This document shows positions 15,600 to 24,671 of a DNA stretch of 30,410 nucleotides, in pieces. The stretch's first letter is position 1. The number at the start of each line of letters is the position of its first letter. This stretch comes from Myxococcaceae bacterium (GTDB lineage Bacteria; Myxococcota; Myxococcia; Myxococcales; Myxococcaceae): the NCBI GenBank assembly GCA_036389955.1, contig DASVVJ010000282.1, forward strand, positions 1 through 30,410. The letters are read 5' to 3'. Under the pieces are notes generated by a model. That model did no database searches. It saw only the letters and a program-made list of their open reading frames with translations, and was not told where the DNA came from. The position numbers were made by a program, and so were the translations under genes.

Positions 15600-17494
15600 G
15601 GCAGTAAGGGCCGGGCGATCAGCTCCGTGAGCCAGCGCCGGTCCGTCAGGCTCATCGTCGATGGACGCTGGATGGCCTCGCGATACGCCTCGTAGGTCTT
15701 CAGCGCCGTCTGCTTCCAGGTGAACTGCGCAACGCGCTGCTGGCCTTTCGCCGCGAGATTCCGTCCGAGCGAGGGCTCCCAGGCGAGCTCGACCATCTGC
15801 CGGGCGACGGCCGTGTCATTCATTTCGTCGGCGTAGAGGACGGCATCCCCCGCCACCTCGGGAATCGAGCTGAAGCGCGAGCAGAGGATGGGCGTCTCGG
15901 CCGCCATCGCCTCGAGCAGCGGCAGGCCGAAGCCCTCGTAGGCGGACAGGTACACGTAGGCGATGGCCTGATGGTACAGCGCACGGAGCACCTCGTGAGA
16001 CACCCCGCCCACGTAGTGCACGCCCGGCATGGGCCGCTGGCGCAGGTGGGGGAACACCCCATCCGCCGTGCCCGAGGGGTGGCCCACCAGCACCAGGCCC
16101 GGCATGTCCTCGCGGTGCTTCCACTGCGTGCGGAAGTTCACGTACGAGGCCAGCAGCAGCCGCACGTTCTTGTGCGCGTAGTCGCTGCCGATGAAGAGGA
16201 AGAAGCGGCGCGGCAGGCCCAACGGGCGCAGCACGGCCGCGCTGTCCTCTCCCGGGCGCCGGGCGAACGCGGCGGCGTCCACCCCGTGGTAGACGGTGCG
16301 CACGTGCTCCTCGGGCACCTGGAACTCGCGGATCACCTCGCGGCGGTTGTGGTCCGAGATGGCGATGATGCCCTGCGCCGCGCGCACCGAGACATACGAG
16401 GTGAGCTGGTAGCGCTTCTGGTCCGCGCCATTGGGCCACACCGAGCCGGCGCGGTAGGCAATCAGGTCCTGGTAGCTGATGACGTACGGCACCGGCGAGC
16501 GGAGCAGCAGCGGCAGGTGCTCCGGCTTGAAGAGCTGAGCCGGCCGGTGCAGCAGCTGAACGTGCGAGGGCAGCTCTCCGCCCACGTAGACGGGCAGGCC
16601 CAGCGGCTCGAGCGCCTGCCGCTGCTTGTCCGAGGCCACATAGAAGGACAGGCGCACCGGGGTGTGCTGCGTCAGCGCCTTGCTCAGCTCGATGGCGTAG
16701 ACGCTGGTGCCGTTGATGGCGTCCTCGGGCAGATAGCGGATGTCCAGGCAGACCGAGAGGTCGCCCCGCACACCGCCCAGCGCCCGGGACGAGAAGCCCA
16801 GGGCGAAGTCCGCCTGCGCCGTCTCCCGCTGCGCGGGGTAGTAGGCATGGCGCTCATCGAGCGTGGGGGCCATCGGCAGCACCGCGACGGGCACGTCCGG
16901 CCGGGCGCGGACGAGCGCCTTCGAGGCTCGCAGCGTGATGAACCCCAGGCGCTGGGCCCGCAGGGTCCAGTCCGCCAGGGCATCTCCCAGGCCGTCGAGC
17001 TTCTCGTCGAGCGTGCCGACCATGTCGAGCACCTCTCGCGACAGAAGCGCGAAGGGCATGTCCGGCGCTGGCAGCGTAAGCGCCCGGGGCAGGCGGCTCT
17101 CGCTCATCCACCGGGAAGCCTCGGCCTCGGGGGCTCCCGAGAGGTCTCTCGTGGGAACGATGGCGCCAGCCCGGTCATTCTCACCGAGCACCGCGCGCAG
17201 CTCGGCCACGCAGCTCCCCACGCCCGTGAAGCTGCCCGCCATCAGCAGCACGTCGTGCCCGGTGAGCAGCAGGGCGCGATTGACGGACTGCACGGGAGAT
17301 GGGCTGTGCAGGCTCTCCCAGGGCAGGCTCAGCTCGGAGACGAGGCCGACGAGGCGCCGGTTCAGCGTCTCGCCGCACGCGAAGAGAACGCGTGTCAGCC
17401 CCGGAGGACGCTCGGTGAGCACGGCGTGCAGCCGCTCGGCGTCCACCGCCGCGTCCTCCGTGGGGACGAACAGCAGCTCGAGAACAGGGCGCAT
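15596..17494 (-). CDS. Two-domain glycosyltransferase with an N-terminal GT-A-like region and a C-terminal GT4 (group 1) domain.
   Basis: GT4 signature 'EGFGLPLLEAMAAETPILCSRFSSIPEVAGDAVLY' is present. ATG 17494 lies 4 nt after the stop of the upstream small protein. Confidence 0.8.
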   Translation of the reverse strand: MRPVLELLFVPTEDAAVDAERLHAVLTERPPGLTRVLFACGETLNRRLVGLVSELSLPWESLHSPSPVQSVNRALLLTGHDVLLMAGSFTGVGSCVAELRAVLGENDRAGAIVPTRDLSGAPEAEASRWMSESRLPRALTLPAPDMPFALLSREVLDMVGTLDEKLDGLGDALADWTLRAQRLGFITLRASKALVRARPDVPVAVLPMAPTLDERHAYYPAQRETAQADFALGFSSRALGGVRGDLSVCLDIRYLPEDAINGTSVYAIELSKALTQHTPVRLSFYVASDKQRQALEPLGLPVYVGGELPSHVQLLHRPAQLFKPEHLPLLLRSPVPYVISYQDLIAYRAGSVWPNGADQKRYQLTSYVSVRAAQGIIAISDHNRREVIREFQVPEEHVRTVYHGVDAAAFARRPGEDSAAVLRPLGLPRRFFLFIGSDYAHKNVRLLLASYVNFRTQWKHREDMPGLVLVGHPSGTADGVFPHLRQRPMPGVHYVGGVSHEVLRALYHQAIAYVYLSAYEGFGLPLLEAMAAETPILCSRFSSIPEVAGDAVLYADEMNDTAVARQMVELAWEPSLGRNLAAKGQQRVAQFTWKQTALKTYEAYREAIQRPSTMSLTDRRWLTELIARPLLP

Positions 17495-17498
17495 AAGG

Positions 17499-17831
17499 TC
17501 ACTTGAGCTTGTGCAGCAGCGAGGCGCCCACGTCCTTGGCCGCGCGGTGCACGTCGGGGAACTGGCGCTTCAGGGAGTTGTTCACCGCATCCACCAGCCG
17601 GTGGCGCAGCGGAGGCTTTCCCACCACCGGAGCAGCGGGCGCGGCGCTGGGCGCCTGCGGCGAGGCCGGGTACGCCAGGAACAGCGCATTGGCGCGCTCC
17701 CGCTCCCGCGCGAGCGCCAGCAGCAGATCGCTGCGCTCCAGCTCGAGGTCCCGGATCCGGGCCTCCAGGCCCTTGCAGCGCTCACAGGCGGCCTTGGCTC
17801 CGGCAGTGCTTTCGTTGTCCTGGTTCGACAC
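17499..17831 (-). CDS. Small coiled-coil protein A of 110 aa, paralogous to the protein at 19773..20084.
   Basis: GTG start is preceded by the strong SD AGGAAGAGGG. It has a coiled-coil core and a C-terminal 'HRAAKDVGASLL' motif shared with protein B ('HRARDVAKRVLS'). Confidence 0.65.
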   Translation of the reverse strand: MSNQDNESTAGAKAACERCKGLEARIRDLELERSDLLLALARERERANALFLAYPASPQAPSAAPAAPVVGKPPLRHRLVDAVNNSLKRQFPDVHRAAKDVGASLLHKLK

Positions 17832-17843
17832 GGTTCCCTCTTC

Positions 17844-18626
17844 CTATCCGGCCTTGCGCAGGAGCAGGTTCACGAACCCGTCCTTCCCGGACCTATGGCA
17901 CAACCCGAGGATCTCCTCATCATCGAGCCGCAACAGCTTGCCCGCCACGTCCACCACGCGGTCGAAGCCCATGCTCCGGTAGAGCCGCAGCACCTCGGTG
18001 GGCGCCATCCCGCGCTCCTTCATGGACTCGGGGAAGAACTCCACGAGCACCGCCACGTTGCGCGAGTAGCGGAGCGTGTCCTCCAGGCCCTGGATGACCT
18101 CGCACTCGTAGCCCTGCACATCCACCTTGATGACGTCGAAGCGCTGGCCCGCGAACAGCTCGTCCCCTCGGGCCATGGCCGCCAGCCGGTTGGCGCCCGT
18201 ACCGGCATCTACCGTGGTGTTGCCGGTGTTGCCGTCCTCCACGCGCAGCCCCACGACGCCCCGGCGCGCGCCCAGCCCCACCGGCCAGATGCGCGCATGC
18301 GGCGCCAGCGCCCACAGGTTGAAGCGCAGCAGGGACACGTTGCGCGGATCGGGCTCCACCGCGTCAACGGTGCCCTCGGGCGAGCACCGGGCGGCGAGCG
18401 CGGAGAAGTACCCCACGTTGGCGCCCACATCGAGAAAGCGCGAGCGTGGGCCCAGCAGCGAACGCAGGATCGCGCCCTCGCTGGGCTCCCACGTCCCCGC
18501 GCTGCGCATGTACGGCAGGATGACGCGGTCCTCAGCGGGCAGCCACAGCTCGCCCACGTCCGTCTGGACCCGGACGGCGTTCACCACCGCCGGGGGAGGA
18601 ATCATCTCGCCCGGGCCCTTAGACAC
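17844..18626 (-). CDS. FkbM-family SAM-dependent methyltransferase.
   Basis: 'FLDVGANVGYFS' motif is present. The start is either GTG 18626, overlapping the upstream stop by 8 nt, or ATG 18605. Confidence 0.75.
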   Translation of the reverse strand: MSKGPGEMIPPPAVVNAVRVQTDVGELWLPAEDRVILPYMRSAGTWEPSEGAILRSLLGPRSRFLDVGANVGYFSALAARCSPEGTVDAVEPDPRNVSLLRFNLWALAPHARIWPVGLGARRGVVGLRVEDGNTGNTTVDAGTGANRLAAMARGDELFAGQRFDVIKVDVQGYECEVIQGLEDTLRYSRNVAVLVEFFPESMKERGMAPTEVLRLYRSMGFDRVVDVAGKLLRLDDEEILGLCHRSGKDGFVNLLLRKAG

Positions 18627-19767
18627 GGACGGGGTAGCTCGGCCGGCCAGGAGGCTGAACCAGCGGAATGGGCAGCGTGTCGCTCCTGCCCGCGGGCGAG
18701 CTCCCGTCGGCGGCGGGCGCCTGGAAGAACTCCCTCGCGGCCTCCAGCGGCTTGCCGCGGGTGTCGGTGAGCTCGAGCTCGAAGCCCTTGTAGCTCACCA
18801 GCACCGAGCCCGTGTCGGCCCGCACCCGGCAGGTGACCTCCAGCATGTCCTGCTCCTTGGAGTCCACCACCGCGTTGTACTCGATGCGGTAGCCATACTG
18901 CCGGGCGGCCTGCCTCAGGATGATGGCCAGCGCGTCGCGCCGCAGCTGATCCAGGATGCCGCTGCGGACGAAGGCATCCACCTGGTTGCGGAACAGGGGG
19001 TAGCGGTAGTCGATGACGTTCTCGTTGGCGGGCACGGTGGAGTGGCCCCCCGAGACCATGCCGGCGGCCAGCGTGGAGCCGCGGCCCTGGTGGTACACGA
19101 AGGCGGCGGGCGCCAGGGTGATGCGGTAGCCCTTGGCCAAGCTGCGCAGCGTCCAGTCCGTCTCCTCGCAGTAGCCCCGGCCGAACACCGGATCCATCAG
19201 CCCCACGTCCCGGATGACGGGGGTGGGAATGAGGATGCTGAAGGAGATGCCGGCGGGGATGTCCACCGCGGTGCCCCGGAAGTTGGCGTCCAGGCTGCTG
19301 GAGAGCCAGTCCACCACGCCCTGCGAGGCCAGGTGCTTGTCCGGGTCGACGTTGGGCAGCGAGAAGATGGAGACGTTGTTGGACCAGGCCGTCACCGAGC
19401 CGATGCGCGGGCTGGAGCGCGCAGCGGCCAGCAACATCTCCACCGTCTGCTTGGAGTAGATGACGTCCGAGTTGGAGATGATGACGTAGTCGTAGCCCTT
19501 CTCGACCGCCGCCAGCAGGCCCATGTTGACGTTGCGCACGATGCCCAGGTTGCGCGGCGTGCGGTAGTAGTAGATGCCCTGGTTCTTGCACTGCTCGGCG
19601 ATCATCTCGCTGAAGCCGGGCTCGGGGCTGCAGTCATCCAGCACCAGCACATCCACGTCAGCGGAGGGCGTCTCCAGGCCCTTGGCCGAGGTGAGGCAGC
19701 GCGGGACGAACGCCCGCCCGTTGTACACGGTGATGGCGAGCAGAACGCGGGGACGTGCGGAACTCAT
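18619..19767 (-). CDS. GT2-family glycosyltransferase.
   Basis: 'LLAITVYNG...DVLVLDDCS' (DxD) is present. ATG 19767 lies 5 nt after the TGA of small protein B, whose last codons AAGGGGTGA also serve as the SD. Confidence 0.8.
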   Translation of the reverse strand: MSSARPRVLLAITVYNGRAFVPRCLTSAKGLETPSADVDVLVLDDCSPEPGFSEMIAEQCKNQGIYYYRTPRNLGIVRNVNMGLLAAVEKGYDYVIISNSDVIYSKQTVEMLLAAARSSPRIGSVTAWSNNVSIFSLPNVDPDKHLASQGVVDWLSSSLDANFRGTAVDIPAGISFSILIPTPVIRDVGLMDPVFGRGYCEETDWTLRSLAKGYRITLAPAAFVYHQGRGSTLAAGMVSGGHSTVPANENVIDYRYPLFRNQVDAFVRSGILDQLRRDALAIILRQAARQYGYRIEYNAVVDSKEQDMLEVTCRVRADTGSVLVSYKGFELELTDTRGKPLEAAREFFQAPAADGSSPAGRSDTLPIPLVQPPGRPSYPVRV

Positions 19768-19772
19768 GGGAC

Positions 19773-20084
19773 TCACCCCTTGCTCAGCACGCGCTTGGCC
19801 ACATCGCGCGCGCGGTGGAAGGCCCAGCGCGCGGCGCGGTAGCTGAGGGTCTGCGGATGCTGCTCGGCGGAGTTGAGCTTGAGCCGCAGCTGCTCCAGCT
19901 CATTCTCCACGTCCTTGCGGCGCCGCTCGGACTCAATGAGGCGCTGGGTCAGGTCCAGCACGCGGGCGTTGGCGATCTCGAAGTCGCGCAGGGCCTGCAC
20001 GAGGTTGACGCGGTCCAGGTCCGCGGTGTTGGAGCGGCTGTCCTTCTCCTGAGGAGTCGAGCCGATAATGGTCATCTGGGTCAT
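19773..20084 (-). CDS. Small coiled-coil protein B of 103 aa, paralogous to protein A.
   Basis: It has a coiled-coil core and the C-terminal 'WAFHRARDVAKRVLSKG' motif. It sits directly upstream of a glycosyltransferase, as protein A does. Confidence 0.65.
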   Translation of the reverse strand: MTQMTIIGSTPQEKDSRSNTADLDRVNLVQALRDFEIANARVLDLTQRLIESERRRKDVENELEQLRLKLNSAEQHPQTLSYRAARWAFHRARDVAKRVLSKG

Positions 20085-20110
20085 GGGGATTTCTCGCGAA
20101 AAGCGGTCCT

Positions 20111-21202
20111 CTATGTGCGCGGAGCGGAGGGGGTGTCAAGAGCCCCTTCCAGCCACTCCATGAGGGAGGCGACGCCTGCCTCCAGGGTCCACTTGGGCTG
20201 GTAGTCGAGCGCCGAGCGGGCAGCCTCGATGGAGCACGAGGCGGCACGCACATCTCCGTCACGGAACTTGCCGCTCACCACGGGCTCGGGGGCGCCGTAG
20301 CGGCGGGCCAGCTCACGGGCCACGTGCTCGATGGTGGTGGGCCGGCCCGAGCCGATGTCGAACAGCCGCACGTCCTTGCCCGGCCGCTGGACACACTGGG
20401 TGACAGCCTGGGCCACATCGTCCACGTGGACGAAGTCGCGGACGATCTTCCCGTCCTCGTAGATGTCGAGCGACTGCTTGTTGCGGGCCAGGCGGGCAAA
20501 CAGCGTGAGCACGCCGGTGTAGGGGTTACCTGGAGCCTGGCCGGGGCCGTAGACGTTCTGAAAGCGGAGGATGGACAGGCCGCTGCCAAAGGCACGGCAC
20601 CAGGCGGAGAGCATGTGCTCCTGCGTGAGCTTGGTGGCGCCGTAAATGCTGATGGGGCTGGGGTGCGTCTGGCCGGCGATGCTGGGCAAGGCCTCGGCGG
20701 GCTGGCCGTTGGGGCCGATGTGATCCCACTGGCGCTTCTCGAGGGCCTGGCGGGAGCGCCCGGGCGGATAGAAGACGGTGCCCGAGGTGTCACGCCAGGA
20801 GCCATCGCCGTAGACGGCGCGGCTGGAGGAGAGAATGAACTGCTCGGGGACGTGGCGCACGGCGGAGAGCGCGTCGATGAGCTGCGCGGTGCCGTCCACG
20901 TTGACGGAAGCGTGGCGGTGGGACTCGGTGAGCGACTGGCCGGTGCCGGTCTCGGCGGCCAGGTGGATGACGGCGTCCGGCCGGTAGTAGCGGAAGAGCG
21001 TCTTCCAGTTCTCAGCCACGGTGACATCGCCGGGGACGAAGGTAACGCCCTGCGGCATGTCCTTGGGGAGACCGGGGTTGGTGTGCACCTGCGGGTGCAG
21101 GTTGTCGAAGACGAGGACCTCGTCTCCACGCGCCAGCAGCTTGCGGGCGACGTGGCATCCGATGAACCCAGCTCCCCCTGAGATCAATACTTTACGCGGC
21201 AT
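20111..21202 (-). CDS. NAD-dependent epimerase/dehydratase (extended SDR, nucleotide-sugar modifying), the first gene of the glycan operon.
   Basis: 'VLISGGAGFIGCHVARKLL' and 'YGATK' (YxxxK) are present. ATG 21202 follows the SD AGAGGG. Confidence 0.8.
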   Translation of the reverse strand: MPRKVLISGGAGFIGCHVARKLLARGDEVLVFDNLHPQVHTNPGLPKDMPQGVTFVPGDVTVAENWKTLFRYYRPDAVIHLAAETGTGQSLTESHRHASVNVDGTAQLIDALSAVRHVPEQFILSSSRAVYGDGSWRDTSGTVFYPPGRSRQALEKRQWDHIGPNGQPAEALPSIAGQTHPSPISIYGATKLTQEHMLSAWCRAFGSGLSILRFQNVYGPGQAPGNPYTGVLTLFARLARNKQSLDIYEDGKIVRDFVHVDDVAQAVTQCVQRPGKDVRLFDIGSGRPTTIEHVARELARRYGAPEPVVSGKFRDGDVRAASCSIEAARSALDYQPKWTLEAGVASLMEWLEGALDTPSAPRT

Positions 21203-21296
21203 GGGGCAGCCCTCTATCGCACAGGGGGCGGAATGCCAAGACGCCCTGGCTCCTGGGACTGAGGGTAAAACGAGCCGTCCCTCCGCTGCCCGGCCG

Positions 21297-21995
21297 CTAC
21301 CCCTTGGTGGGCGGCTCTAACTGCTGCTCTCGGGGGTAATAAAGGCCCAGCGGGTCCCAGACGTACTTCTCGATCGGCACGAAGGTCATGTGACTGACGG
21401 CATACCGCTCGGCAAAGCGCATGAAGCGCTCGGTGACGATGATCCTTCCCCATAGGCCCCGTGGCCGGAACACGTCTTCACCGCTCCAGGTTGCAAGCTC
21501 CAGGGCGAGCCCGTCGATCGCGTCAATCCCCGTGTAGCGGCACCAAATGCACTTCATCGGTTTGCCGATCCATAGGCGGCTGCGCTCCATGTCCAGTGCC
21601 GGGAGGCCATGAGCCGGCATGACGAAAACGTAGGGAGGCGGTGGAGGAGGCTTTGAGCCACGGCGCTTCCTCTTTACACGCAGCACCTTCACGGGGTGAA
21701 AGCCACTGAGCCCCGTGAGCCCCTCGGCCTTGAACGCTTCCGCAAAGCGTTCCGTCACTAGCAAGCCGCCGCTGGGGCCGTCTACGAGATCCCCGAACTC
21801 CTGGCCATGCAGTTCCAGTTCTCCCTGGTGGGGAGGCTGCCAGGTCAGAAAAGTGAGGGGATCCCCGCATTGGGGACATAGCGACGCAGGACCGACTTTG
21901 AGGTCAATCGTGCTGAACTCGGTATCGTGCGTACCTCCGAGTAGCTTATCCAGGACGAAGAAACGCGTAGCGTGCGCGGAATCGTCAGAAGCCAT
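21297..21995 (-). CDS. Two-CxxC(G) motif protein of 232 aa from the myxobacterial cysteine-rich paralogous family. It is the putative immunity protein of the upstream toxin.
   Basis: 'CPQCGDPL' and 'CIWCRYTG' motifs are present. Its ATG overlaps the end of the toxin gene by 11 nt (ATGGCTTCTGA). GC content is lower than in the flanks. Confidence 0.65.
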   Translation of the reverse strand: MASDDSAHATRFFVLDKLLGGTHDTEFSTIDLKVGPASLCPQCGDPLTFLTWQPPHQGELELHGQEFGDLVDGPSGGLLVTERFAEAFKAEGLTGLSGFHPVKVLRVKRKRRGSKPPPPPPYVFVMPAHGLPALDMERSRLWIGKPMKCIWCRYTGIDAIDGLALELATWSGEDVFRPRGLWGRIIVTERFMRFAERYAVSHMTFVPIEKYVWDPLGLYYPREQQLEPPTKG

Positions 21996-23235
21996 CAGGG
22001 AACCTCGCGCGCATCTCGGGCCGACTGTAGATTTGCCGCAAGTAGGCCTCAAACTCCGCAGGGGTTGCGTTGCGGTAGGTACCAAGCCAGCTGATGACTT
22101 CCTCATCTACCTTGCGGTGCCATGCCTGATAACCGTTGTGGGACTCCTTGTCAGCCGCGCGTGTGATGAAGCGGGGGTCCCTCTCGGTGTAATGACCTCG
22201 GAGTGTGGCGTGTTCGTCGAGCTTCTTGGCGATCCGCTTGGAGATCGGGTGGTGTAGTTGCCCTGTCGGTCCGGTTGTTGGCGGACCTCCTCCCATGACT
22301 TGGGCCGCCATGGCCATCGCGGTGCCAGGGAGAGAAATCATGACGGTGCTTCCAACGACGGCCACCGTGCTCACCTGGCCCACATTCGCCAGGTTGAGAT
22401 TCAACTGGGAGGCGCTTACCGAAGCGGCCTGAGGAAAGTTGGGCAGCATGGGCAGCCGTGAGGCCAATGCCGCAGCGCCTCCCGTCATCCCGTAGCTCAC
22501 GACCACGGTCACGGCGAGGACCATGACCCGTGCCACCCTGGGGCCTACCCTGTGCGCGAAGCGCTGCCCGGCCTGCTCCAGTTCCTCGATGACGGTGGCT
22601 TTGTCCGTGGCGCTCTTCAGCTCGCGGCTGGCATCTACCAGTTCCAGGAAGGTGTCCACCCCCAGGTAAACCAGCATCAATGCGGTCATGACAGCCGCCA
22701 CCTTGGTGAACACGGGCTCGGGGTTGGCGGCCAAAGCAACCCAGGTGACAAGGCCCGTGGCAATGACGGTGAAGAAGAGCTGCGGGGCCAGGGTCTCCTC
22801 TACTGCCCTGGAGATGCTCTCTCTGAGTGGATCCAGCGAGAGGCCCAGGGCGACTCCCAGTTTGTCCCACTCGCTCAGTCCCATCACATCGTCGAGCAGG
22901 GAGAGGCAGTTGTCTCTTCGCTGGCCAGGCTCGCAGATGCCGCCGAAGCTCTTACTCATGAGACTCCGCCACCGGGAGTCCGCGTCGTTACTGGCGTAGG
23001 AGGCGCGTACCAGCCAGCCTTGCTGGGGAGCGCGGAGGTGCAAGGGCGCGTTCAGCAGCAGTCCCGTCAGGGACTCCTCGAACGCGTCCGCCTCTACCTT
23101 CACGGGCCTGTTCGAGGTGGTTGGCCTGTACTCCTGTGGTTCGCCGTGCCCCGTGTCCAAGCGCACAACGGGAGTAGTGGCGCACGCGGTAACCAGGCTC
23201 AACATCCAGGCCGCAACGACTCGACGAAATGCCAA
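21985..23235 (-). CDS. Lipoprotein polymorphic toxin (SitA-like) of 416 aa with a C-terminal LHH/AHH-type HNH/EndoVII-fold nuclease-like domain.
   Basis: TTG start follows the SD GGAGGA. Signal peptide MAFRRVVAAWMLSLVTA|C carries a lipobox. The central region has hydrophobic segments. The C-terminus reads '...GQLHHPISKRIAKKLDEH...HNGYQAWHRKV'. The gene is immediately followed, with overlap, by a small immunity-type gene. Confidence 0.6.
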   Translation of the reverse strand: MAFRRVVAAWMLSLVTACATTPVVRLDTGHGEPQEYRPTTSNRPVKVEADAFEESLTGLLLNAPLHLRAPQQGWLVRASYASNDADSRWRSLMSKSFGGICEPGQRRDNCLSLLDDVMGLSEWDKLGVALGLSLDPLRESISRAVEETLAPQLFFTVIATGLVTWVALAANPEPVFTKVAAVMTALMLVYLGVDTFLELVDASRELKSATDKATVIEELEQAGQRFAHRVGPRVARVMVLAVTVVVSYGMTGGAAALASRLPMLPNFPQAASVSASQLNLNLANVGQVSTVAVVGSTVMISLPGTAMAMAAQVMGGGPPTTGPTGQLHHPISKRIAKKLDEHATLRGHYTERDPRFITRAADKESHNGYQAWHRKVDEEVISWLGTYRNATPAEFEAYLRQIYSRPEMRARFPDGF

Positions 23236-23261
23236 GAGATGTCCTCCAGGAGGTTCTGAGC

Positions 23262-24539
23262 CTACTTCCGGCCGTACTTCTTCATCGCCTCCTGGAGCCG
23301 GTCATGCGGAAGGGCGAAGACGCGGACTCCATCCGCGCCCGTCATCGTGTCCGCCGCGAGCATGGAGTTGAGGATGGCTTCCTGCGTGGCCTGCACCGTG
23401 GCCTCGAAGAGCGGGTCCATGCGCTCGTTGGCCAGCATGGACACGGCGGCGACCGGGTTCTCGCCGGACGGCTGCGTCTCCTGCGTCGAGAAGGCGAGGA
23501 AGATGTCGCCCGAGGAGTCCTCTCCCAACCCGCCCATCTTTCCGATGCCCAGCGGCACGCGCCGCGCCAGGCGGGCGAGCTGGTGCGAGAGCAGCGGCGC
23601 ATCCGTGGCGACCACGATGATGATCGACCCCTGCCCCTCGGGGAACGAGGGCAGCGAGGCCCCCTTCTCGGTGCACGCCTTCATCCGGTGGAGCATCGGG
23701 TTGGAGGGCGGCTTGCTCGCGGTAGTGCACGCCTGCAGGTCCGAAATCTCCTCGCCCACCGGAACGCCCGCCACGCTGAGCAGCTTGCGGCGGCCGTAGT
23801 TGCACTGCACCAGCACCCCCACGGTGTAGCCCCCCTGCGCCTCGGGCAGCTTGCGTGAGGCCGTGCCAATACCGCCCTTGAAGCCGTGGCACATCATCCC
23901 CGTGCCTCCGCCCACCGAGCCCTCCGCGACCGGGCCCCCGCTCGCGCCATCGAGCGCCCGGAACACGTGCTCGGGCTTCACGTGGAAGCCCTCCACGTCG
24001 TTCAGGATGCCGTCATAGGTCTCCGCCACCACGGGCAGGCCCAGCTCCCAGGCCATGCCCTTCTTCGAGGCCCATGCAATCACCGCCTGGTGCACCGTGC
24101 CCACGCTGAAGGTGTTGGTGATCATCAGCGGGCCGTGGAGCAGCCCCGATTCGTTCAGCCAATGCGCGCCCGTCATCTCCCCGTTGCCGTTGAGGGCGTA
24201 CGTCGCCGCGAAGACCGGAGCCGCCGCGCGTGCTTTTCCCCGGGGCCACACCGCCGTCACTCCCGTGCGCACCGGGCCCTTGCCCTTCACCAGCGGGCCC
24301 TGCCCCGAAATCAGCGTGGTGTGGCCCACCTCGATGCCTGGCACGTCCGTGATGGCATCCAGTGCCCCGGGCTGCCCTCCGAAGGGGATTCCCAGGTCCC
24401 GGGCGCGGGGCCTCGCGGGTGCGGGGGGGGTGGCGCCTGGCTGAGGCTTCGCGGGAGCTGGCTGCGCGGCACTGGCCCAGGGCCATCCCAGGAGGCACAG
24501 CACGGCGAGCGGGAAGAGCAACTTCTGACGGGAAACCAT
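23262..24539 (-). CDS. Secreted DmpA/ArgJ-fold P1 (S58) family aminopeptidase.
   Basis: Signal peptide MVSRQKLLFPLAVLCLLGWPWASA is present and the body is DmpA-like. ATG follows the SD AAGGGG. Confidence 0.7.
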   Translation of the reverse strand: MVSRQKLLFPLAVLCLLGWPWASAAQPAPAKPQPGATPPAPARPRARDLGIPFGGQPGALDAITDVPGIEVGHTTLISGQGPLVKGKGPVRTGVTAVWPRGKARAAAPVFAATYALNGNGEMTGAHWLNESGLLHGPLMITNTFSVGTVHQAVIAWASKKGMAWELGLPVVAETYDGILNDVEGFHVKPEHVFRALDGASGGPVAEGSVGGGTGMMCHGFKGGIGTASRKLPEAQGGYTVGVLVQCNYGRRKLLSVAGVPVGEEISDLQACTTASKPPSNPMLHRMKACTEKGASLPSFPEGQGSIIIVVATDAPLLSHQLARLARRVPLGIGKMGGLGEDSSGDIFLAFSTQETQPSGENPVAAVSMLANERMDPLFEATVQATQEAILNSMLAADTMTGADGVRVFALPHDRLQEAMKKYGRK

Positions 24540-24597
24540 GGTTACGACCCCTTCAGGCGCTGGGGCAACTCGATGCCCGTGGAACCCTCACCCCAGC

Positions 24598-24647
24598 CCT
24601 CTCCCGAAGGGAGAGGGAGCGTGGCTTAGCACGCCTCGCGGCGAGGC
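24598..24647 (+). promoter_or_regulatory. Two tandem hairpins in the leader or divergent promoter region upstream of the symporter gene: a perfect 9-bp stem with GAA loop (CCCTCTCCC-GAA-GGGAGAGGG) and GCCTCGC-G-GCGAGGC.
   Basis: Read directly from the sequence. They lie 25-75 nt upstream of the AGCS start codon. Confidence 0.35.
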
Positions 24648-24671
24648 ACGGTGCTAGGGTGCGCGCCCCAT

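Noticed and set aside
24540-24671. Glycine riboswitch upstream of the AGCS symporter
   Set aside because: A CCGAAGGGAGAGGG element is present, but the order and spacing of the conserved GGAGAG / CCGAAGGGGCAA / CUCAGGCAAAAGGAC blocks do not fit, and the 132-nt space is short. It is kept only as 'structured leader'.
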